Source: Candidatus Fervidifonticultor quintus
GTDB lineage: Bacteria; Sysuimicrobiota; Sysuimicrobiia; Sysuimicrobiales; Humicultoraceae
NCBI GenBank assembly: GCA_031459535.1
Contig: JAVKIJ010000086.1
Coordinates: forward strand, 1-12,382
Direction of reading: 5' to 3'
Length of the DNA: 12,382 bases
The notes under the pieces are model-generated. The model searched no databases. It was not told the DNA's origin and saw only the letters and a list, made by a program, of their open reading frames with translations. Shown piece by piece: positions 6,681 through 12,382 of this stretch; the first letter of the stretch is position 1, and every line of letters begins with the position of its first letter. The translations under genes and the position numbers were made by a program.

Positions 6681-7961
6681 ATGAGCATGTTTCTCACGAA
6701 CTGTCGGATCGTGGACGGCACGGGAAAGCCTGCGGTGCCCCAGGGCACGGTGATCATTACCGGAGATCGCATCGCGTGGTGCGGTCAGGCCTCCGATCCG
6801 TCGTGCCCCACCCCGCAGACGGACGATGCGGCCTTCGACCTCGGCGGCATGACCGTCATGCCCGGGCTGTTCAACGTCCACGTGCACCTCGGGCTGCGGC
6901 TGCCATTTCCCGAGCGGCGCGCCGATCCGTTCACGCCGGGCTACCGGGTGATGCTGAACTATCGCCGGGCCCTGGAGGCGCTGCTGGCGGGCACCACCAG
7001 CCTGCGGATCGTGGGTGAACCCTACTTCACCGACATTGACGTGCGTGAGGCCATCAACCGCGGCCTGCTAGCCGGGCCCCGCATCCGGTGTGCCGGCCAG
7101 GCGATGATCGCCACCGGCGGGCATGGCCACAACTCGGTCGGCACTGTGGAGGCCGACGGGCCCGACGGCTTCCGCCGCGCTGCGCGCGAGCAGCTCCGCT
7201 CCGGCGCCGATCTGCTCAAGATCTGCCTGACGGGCGGCATCGGCACGCCAGGCGAGCAGCCTCATCAGAAGCAGATGACCGACGCCGAGGTGGCGGCGGT
7301 GGTCGAGGTCGCCCACAGCGCTGGTAAGCGCGTCGCCTCCCACACCGGGGGCGACGGGGCCATCGCCGATGCCGTGCGGCTGGGGGTCGACTGCATCGAG
7401 CACGGCTACAGCTTCACCGATGAGACCGCAGCGGCCATGGCGGCCGGGGGCACCTTCTTGGTACCGACGCTGTGCGTCACTCAGGAACTGGACTACATGC
7501 GGCGGCACGGGGTGCAGGAGTGGATGCTGGCCAAAGCCCGGGCCGCAGCCGACGAGCACCTGGCGTCCATCAGGCGCGCGGTCCGCCGCGGCGTGACGCT
7601 GTGCTGCGGGACCGACCTGCTGCCCAGCGATCCGGTAGACGGCACGGTCGCGACCATCCGGGAGGTGGAGCTGCTGGTTGAGGCGGGTCTGCGACCGGCC
7701 GAGGCCATTCGTGCGGCGACGTGGAACTCCGCGCGGCTATGCGAGACCGACGGTGAGGTCGGCACGCTGGCCGCCGGCAAGTACGCCGACCTCCTGGTCG
7801 TAGACGGTCGGCCCGACGAGCGGATCCGCGACCTGCGCGAGATCCGCCTGGTCATGAAGGGCGGCGTGGTCTTCCGCAGCGAGATTGCCGGCATCGCCGC
7901 CTGCAGCCTAAGCAGCCCGGGCGTGGCGCTGGCCGGCGGCACGTTCGCGCGGCTCTGGTGA
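6681..7961 (+). CDS. Metal-dependent amidohydrolase (Xaa-Pro dipeptidase / prolidase-like subgroup of the amidohydrolase superfamily)
   Basis: Start moved from 6573 to ATG 6681 after AAGGAGAG; 426 aa. Motifs PGLFNVHVH (HxH), GTTSLR, TGGHG, ADLLKI (candidate carboxylated Lys), VASH, IEHG, GTD, GKYADLLVVDG, VMKGG. Confidence 0.92.
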   Translation: MSMFLTNCRIVDGTGKPAVPQGTVIITGDRIAWCGQASDPSCPTPQTDDAAFDLGGMTVMPGLFNVHVHLGLRLPFPERRADPFTPGYRVMLNYRRALEALLAGTTSLRIVGEPYFTDIDVREAINRGLLAGPRIRCAGQAMIATGGHGHNSVGTVEADGPDGFRRAAREQLRSGADLLKICLTGGIGTPGEQPHQKQMTDAEVAAVVEVAHSAGKRVASHTGGDGAIADAVRLGVDCIEHGYSFTDETAAAMAAGGTFLVPTLCVTQELDYMRRHGVQEWMLAKARAAADEHLASIRRAVRRGVTLCCGTDLLPSDPVDGTVATIREVELLVEAGLRPAEAIRAATWNSARLCETDGEVGTLAAGKYADLLVVDGRPDERIRDLREIRLVMKGGVVFRSEIAGIAACSLSSPGVALAGGTFARLW

Positions 7962-8857
7962 GCGCCCAGATCGTCCCGTTCGCCGGCTGCTTCGCGGCTG
8001 ACCCGGAGCAGCAGCGCCTGGCCCGGGTGGTCTTCGTCGGGTTGCCCGACGACTCCCAGTCGTCCTACCGCCGGGGCGCTCGCGGAGGCCCGGCGCGGAT
8101 GCGCGCCGCCTACGACGGCCGCTGCTACAACTCCGCCACTGAGTCCGGCGTCGATCTGGCCGGCGCGGTCGCCGATCTGGGCGACTGGCTCCCGGCCGGA
8201 TCCTGGGAAGATACGGCCGCGTCCTACCGCGACCGGGCGGCGGCGATCTTCCGCGCGGGCCAAATTCCGTTTTTCGTTGGCGGCGACCATGCGGTCACCG
8301 TCCCGGTCGTGGCGGCGCTGGAGGTCCTCGGCGGGGCCGTGCACATCATTCAGATCGACGCCCATCCCGACCTCTACCTGGCGTTTGGGGGCAGCCGTGC
8401 ATCCCACGCCTGCACCGCGGCCCGGATGCTCGAGATGGACCACGTGGCCGGCATCACGCAGATTGGCGTGCGGACCACGAACCCCGAGCAGGCGCAGGTG
8501 GCCGCACAATATCCCGGTCGCCTGCGCACCCTCGCCCCCGGCGCTCTCGCAGGTCGGTGGCGCGGTGGTCTACCGGTGCCCGTCGGCGCGCCTGTCTACG
8601 TCTCTGTGGATCTGGACGGACTCGATCCGTCCTGTGCGCCCGGTGTGTCGCATCCTGTGCCGGGCGGATTGACGACCCGGCAGGTGCTAGACATCGTGGC
8701 CTCGCTGCGCGGCCGGCTGGTGGGCATGGACGTGGTCGAGCTCAACCCGGACCTGGACGTCCGGGATCTGGCGGCCCTGGCCGGCGCGCGGATCCTGCAC
8801 GAGGGCATGGGGGTCGCGGTACGACAGCTGGCGGCGGGCGCCGAACGGGCACTGTGA
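7958..8857 (+). CDS. Ureohydrolase (arginase/agmatinase family), resembling the plant-arginase clade
   Basis: GTG start overlaps the upstream TGA (GTGA); 299 aa. All binuclear metal motifs are intact: GGDH, DAHPD, SH, SVDLDGLDP, APGV..PGG, DVVELNP. Confidence 0.92.
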   Translation: MSAQIVPFAGCFAADPEQQRLARVVFVGLPDDSQSSYRRGARGGPARMRAAYDGRCYNSATESGVDLAGAVADLGDWLPAGSWEDTAASYRDRAAAIFRAGQIPFFVGGDHAVTVPVVAALEVLGGAVHIIQIDAHPDLYLAFGGSRASHACTAARMLEMDHVAGITQIGVRTTNPEQAQVAAQYPGRLRTLAPGALAGRWRGGLPVPVGAPVYVSVDLDGLDPSCAPGVSHPVPGGLTTRQVLDIVASLRGRLVGMDVVELNPDLDVRDLAALAGARILHEGMGVAVRQLAAGAERAL

Positions 8858-8887
8858 CCTCTGCCTCGGACTCGTGCGTGTTCGCGC

Positions 8888-8920
8888 GGTCCCGTCAGGA
8901 GAGGGTGGCTGGTCCCGTCA
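8888..8920. repeat. 10-bp direct repeat GGTCCCGTCA (8888-8897 and 8911-8920) at the convergent junction
   Basis: Two exact copies separated by 13 nt; the second contains the phosphorylase stop codon. Confidence 0.5.
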
Positions 8921-9655
8921 CCTGGACAGCTCAAGCCGGCGGCCCGCCTCGATCGCCACCTCGATCGCCGCGGCCTCTGCGGTCCTAAACCGCGCCGCGG
9001 CCTCCTCGGGTGGGAGCCTCTCGCGCAGGATATTGGAGTCAATGGCCAGCACGGCTCCGGCCCGCGCCCCGCGCACGTGGGCCACGATGAACACCGCAGC
9101 GCACTCCTGCTCCGCAGCCACGATGTGCCCCTCCCGGGTGAGCAGGTCGGCGAGCGCCGCGTCCTTGCGGTAGAACGCGTCTCTGGACGTCGCAACGCCC
9201 ACGAAGGGCCGGTGGCCCAGTGCGCGTGCGGCGTCCATCAAGGCCTGCGTGACACCGAGATCGGCCACCGCCGGAAACCCCAGCGGCAGATAGGCCAGCG
9301 CCGTGCCCTCGTCGCGATGCGCCGCGGTCACGATGACCAGGCTGCCGACCTCGATCTGGGGCTGCCGACCGCCGGCGGAGCCCACACGGATGAACGTGTC
9401 GGCGCCCAGGTTGCACAGTTCCTCCACCGCAATGGACGCGGACGGACCGCCGATACCGGTCGAACACGCCGAGAGCGGTACGCCCCGGGCCGTGCCGGTG
9501 AATCCCAGGAACTCTCGGTTGCGGATGACCTCGCGGGCGTCCTCGAGGCGCGCTGCGATCTTCTCTGCGCGGGCCGGGTCGCCGGGGATCAGCACGGTGC
9601 GCGCCACGGCGCCGCGCGTGACCCTCAGATGGCGCTGCGGGAGTTCGATCGTCAC
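8918..9655 (-). CDS. Nucleoside phosphorylase (Udp/DeoD-like, PNP_UDP_1 family)
   Basis: GTG start after AGAGGAG; 245 aa. Motifs PGDPARAEKIA, NREF, STGIGGPSASIAVEEL, IRVGSAGG, RDEGT, DAFY. EQE is found where EME is usual. Confidence 0.92.
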   Translation of the reverse strand: MTIELPQRHLRVTRGAVARTVLIPGDPARAEKIAARLEDAREVIRNREFLGFTGTARGVPLSACSTGIGGPSASIAVEELCNLGADTFIRVGSAGGRQPQIEVGSLVIVTAAHRDEGTALAYLPLGFPAVADLGVTQALMDAARALGHRPFVGVATSRDAFYRKDAALADLLTREGHIVAAEQECAAVFIVAHVRGARAGAVLAIDSNILRERLPPEEAAARFRTAEAAAIEVAIEAGRRLELSR

Positions 9656-9666
9656 CGTCGTCTCCT

Positions 9667-11421
9667 CTAGACGAAGAGTGCCACCAGCCTGCCGGCGTTG
9701 ACGTCCACCAGGCCGCGGTCGGTCAGTTTCAACTCGGGGCTGACGGCGAGGGTGAGTACCCCCAGGGTCATGATCGGCGACCGGTGGACAAACCCCAGGT
9801 CTGCGAGAGCGCGTCGGAGCGCGGCGACCTGTGAGCCCACCACTCCGATCGGCTGATCGGATACGATGCCGGCCACCGGGAGCGGCACGCCGGCAAGCAC
9901 GGTTCCACCCCGCACGGCAGCCATGCCGCCATCGTGGTCGACGACCCAGCGGGCCGCTATGGCCATCTCATCCGGACTGCGGCCCACGACCAGCAGATTG
10001 TGGCTGTCGTGCGCCCAGGTGGAGGCTATGGCACCCTCGCGCAAGGCGCCGCGCACGAAACCGTAGCCTGCGCTCCCGGTGCGGCCGTGGCGCTCGAAGA
10101 CCGCGGCCAGAGAGAGGTCGCTAGACTCCCAGGCCACTGCCCCGCCTGCGACGGGCAGCACCGCTTCACCGCACTTCGTGAACGTGTTGACCTGGTTCAT
10201 CTCTATGACCCGGACGCGCACCTCCCGGCTTCCGGTTGGCGCTGCAATCCGGAATCGCTCGAGCGCCGGGGCCTCGATACGCACCGTCCCGCGTCCGACC
10301 GCCACCGGCGGGATGGCGATGACGCCGGGCTCCAGCCTCCCATCCTGCGCCACCAGGGTCCCGCGGGCGAAGACCATCTCGGCCGCGAACTCCTCGAGGT
10401 CGCCAACGAGGACCAGGTGCGCCACCAGCCCGGGTGCGATCGCGCCGCGGTCGTACAGTCGCATCCGCCGCGCAGGTGCCAGCGTCGCCGCCCGGATCGC
10501 CTCGATTGGGTCGAGGTCCATGCGCACGGCCTCGCGTACGACCAGGTCCAGGTGCCCGCGGGCCAGCAGGTCGTCGGGCAGGACGTCATCAGTCACCAGA
10601 CACAGATTCAGCGCCTGCGCGGCGACCTCGACCCCCCGCACGATGTCAGGCGACAGCGACTTCTCCTGCAGGAGCACCGTCATGCCGCTGCGCAGCCGTT
10701 CCAGGGCCAGCGCGGGCGTCATCAACGTGTGGTCTGAGTCGATCCCCGCCGCGACGAAGGCCGCCAGGGCGGCGCCCGCCACGTTGGGCGCGTGTCCTTC
10801 AATCACGGTGCCAGCGCGCAGCGCCTCTGCCAGGATCTCGTGCGCCCGCGGCTCGCCGGCGATCACCGCCGGGTAGTCCATCACCTCGCCCAGGGCGATG
10901 ACGCCGTCCCACGAGAGCGCCTCGGCCACCTCGGCCGGGCCGATCCGGGCGCCCGCGGTCTCGAGATTCGTGGCCGGCACGCTGGACGGGACTTGGAAGA
11001 AGACGTCCAGTGGCAGGCCCCGGCTCGCTTCCATCATCAGCCGCACGCCGTCCAGCCCCATCACGTTGGCGATCTCATGCGGGTCGGGTGTGACGGTGAG
11101 CACGCCGCGCGGGACCACCGCTTCGGCAAATGCCGGCGGCATGACCATGGTGCTCTCGATGTGCAGGTGGCAGTCTACGAGGCCGGGGACGGCGAAGCGG
11201 CCGCGTCCGTCGGTGACCTGGGCCGCCGGCGGCAGCGGGTCGTCCAGCGAGAAGACCCGGCCAAACAGCCCCCCGGCGATCCCGATGTGCCCGGGAAGCA
11301 CCTCGCCCGTGTAGACGTTGACGATCCGCACATTGGTGATCAGCCAGTCGAAGGGGCGGCGTCCGGCCGCGGCGGCGGCCGCCGCCTGGTGTGCGGTCGC
11401 GCGGTCACGTGCGGGCCGCAT
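9667..11421 (-). CDS. ade: Adenine deaminase-like protein (AdeC, COG1001)
   Basis: Start moved from 11547 to ATG 11421 (GAGG upstream, overlapping the MFS stop); 584 aa. Motifs PGLVDCHLHIESTM, DPHEIANV, VPSSVPAT, LGEVMDYP, EGHAP, VTDD, VFERHG, AHDSHN, LPVAG. Confidence 0.9.
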   Translation of the reverse strand: MRPARDRATAHQAAAAAAAGRRPFDWLITNVRIVNVYTGEVLPGHIGIAGGLFGRVFSLDDPLPPAAQVTDGRGRFAVPGLVDCHLHIESTMVMPPAFAEAVVPRGVLTVTPDPHEIANVMGLDGVRLMMEASRGLPLDVFFQVPSSVPATNLETAGARIGPAEVAEALSWDGVIALGEVMDYPAVIAGEPRAHEILAEALRAGTVIEGHAPNVAGAALAAFVAAGIDSDHTLMTPALALERLRSGMTVLLQEKSLSPDIVRGVEVAAQALNLCLVTDDVLPDDLLARGHLDLVVREAVRMDLDPIEAIRAATLAPARRMRLYDRGAIAPGLVAHLVLVGDLEEFAAEMVFARGTLVAQDGRLEPGVIAIPPVAVGRGTVRIEAPALERFRIAAPTGSREVRVRVIEMNQVNTFTKCGEAVLPVAGGAVAWESSDLSLAAVFERHGRTGSAGYGFVRGALREGAIASTWAHDSHNLLVVGRSPDEMAIAARWVVDHDGGMAAVRGGTVLAGVPLPVAGIVSDQPIGVVGSQVAALRRALADLGFVHRSPIMTLGVLTLAVSPELKLTDRGLVDVNAGRLVALFV

Positions 11422-12382
11422 GCAGGTGCCTCGGTGAGATGAGGGTGGTGGCGGCCACAGCCACGGCGAAGAGGAACGCGGCGACCAGGCTGATGGCTGC
11501 AGAGAAGTCCCATCGGTCGATGGCGAAGCCGACCAGCAGGGGTGCAATCATAGCGCCGACGTCGGCCAGGGTGCGGTTCACCCCGAGTGCGGTGCCCCAG
11601 TGGGCTTCGGGCACCAGATCCGTGACCAACGCGGTCACCAGGCTGCCGCCGACGTTGACCCAGGACATCACCGACACCACCACCACGAGACCCAGCGTGG
11701 AGTCTGCCAGGTGCAGTCCCAGAATGGTCACCGCCATCAGCGCCAGGCTCATGGTGACCACCCGGCGCGTCCCGAGCCAGGTGGCCAGCCACCCGCCGAC
11801 CAGCGCGGCGCCGGCACGCCACACTGTCCCCAGCATGAGGATCCCGCCGATCCCCGCCGGCCCCAGCCCAAAGCGCCTGGCCGCCAGCAGCGGGAGCAGC
11901 GTGGAGAGCACGCCACCGTGAAAGAAGAACAGCGCCATCATGATCATACCCGGACCCAGCACGAGGCTGACGTGCAGGCGATCGGTCGCCCCAGGCGTGG
12001 ATGTCTCCCCCGCACTGTTCCTCGACGACGGGTCCGACAGGGCCCCGGCGCCGAGGAACGCCAGCGCGCCGACAACCGCAGTGATCGCCATCGCGTACCG
12101 CCATGACAGCAAGCCCGCCACCGCGCCGCCCAGCGCGGGGCCCAGGGCACTTCCGGTCAGCGCCGCGAGCTGGTTGTAGCTGAACAGCCGTGCCTTCGTC
12201 TGCGGCGTGGCGACCTTGGAGATCCAGAACTGTGTCGTGATGAAGAACACCGCCGACCCCGCGCCCATCAGTACGCGGCCGGCCAGCACCGCCGGAAAGC
12301 CTGGTGCCAGTGCGGCGATCACCGCGCCGACGGCGAGGATGGCGCCCCCGGCCCCGAGCATGCGCGCCAGGGACGAGCGCGC
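11405..12382 (-). CDS. MFS transporter, 5'-truncated by the window edge
   Basis: The frame stays open upstream of the Met at 12361 to the last base (ARSSLARM...). Multiple hydrophobic helices; GRVLMGAG (motif B-like), GPALGGAVAG, GGWLATWLGTRR (motif A-like repeat), APLLVGFAIDRW. Confidence 0.9.
   Translation of the reverse strand, partial: ARSSLARMLGAGGAILAVGAVIAALAPGFPAVLAGRVLMGAGSAVFFITTQFWISKVATPQTKARLFSYNQLAALTGSALGPALGGAVAGLLSWRYAMAITAVVGALAFLGAGALSDPSSRNSAGETSTPGATDRLHVSLVLGPGMIMMALFFFHGGVLSTLLPLLAARRFGLGPAGIGGILMLGTVWRAGAALVGGWLATWLGTRRVVTMSLALMAVTILGLHLADSTLGLVVVVSVMSWVNVGGSLVTALVTDLVPEAHWGTALGVNRTLADVGAMIAPLLVGFAIDRWDFSAAISLVAAFLFAVAVAATTLISPRHLHAART

Noticed and set aside
6858..6890. 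NVHVH instead of DxHxH in the amidohydrolase
   Set aside because: Both His ligands and the downstream Lys, His, His and Asp are intact. Asn at this position is a tolerated variant, not evidence of inactivation.
8947..8970. Tandem 12-mer CCTCGATCGCC(A/G)
   Set aside because: It encodes AIEV/AIEA in the phosphorylase C-terminal helix; only two copies, not an array.
11365..11388. GC-only run encoding poly-Ala at the Ade N-terminus
   Set aside because: Low-complexity helix in a GC-rich genome; no frameshift or phase-variation tract.
11422..11547. N-terminal extension of the adenine deaminase ORF to 11547
   Set aside because: It overlaps the last MFS helices and translates as Ser/Pro-rich noise; ATG 11421 has an RBS.
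1..12382. CRISPR arrays, tRNA/rRNA genes, defence systems, recoded stop codons, pseudogenes
   Set aside because: No regularly spaced repeats were seen. The intergenic gaps are about 110 bp or less and show no tRNA-like pattern, and all internal genes appear full length without frameshifts.

Overview
GC-rich (roughly 70% by eye), densely coded bacterial window that looks like a catabolic cluster for nitrogen-containing compounds, bordered on the left by the 3' end of an IS481-like element (1-118, not in the ORF track). It has three gene blocks. (i) Minus strand, 217-2567: two LLM/F420-type oxidoreductases, one strongly Mer-like, and an NTF2/SnoaL-like protein. (ii) Plus strand, 2615-8857, divergent from block (i): an ATC-hydrolase-family protein, a Tat-exported family 5 solute-binding protein, two Dpp/Opp-type permeases with no ATPase, a metal-dependent amidohydrolase, and a ureohydrolase resembling plant-type arginases. 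(iii) Minus strand, 8918 to the window end, convergent with block (ii): a 5'-truncated MFS transporter, an adenine-deaminase-like protein and a nucleoside phosphorylase; both enzymes carry substitutions in normally conserved motifs (DHE to DHT, EME to EQE). Family assignments come from recognising motifs by eye, not from database searches, and substrates are inferred. I saw no tRNA, rRNA, CRISPR array or transcription factor.
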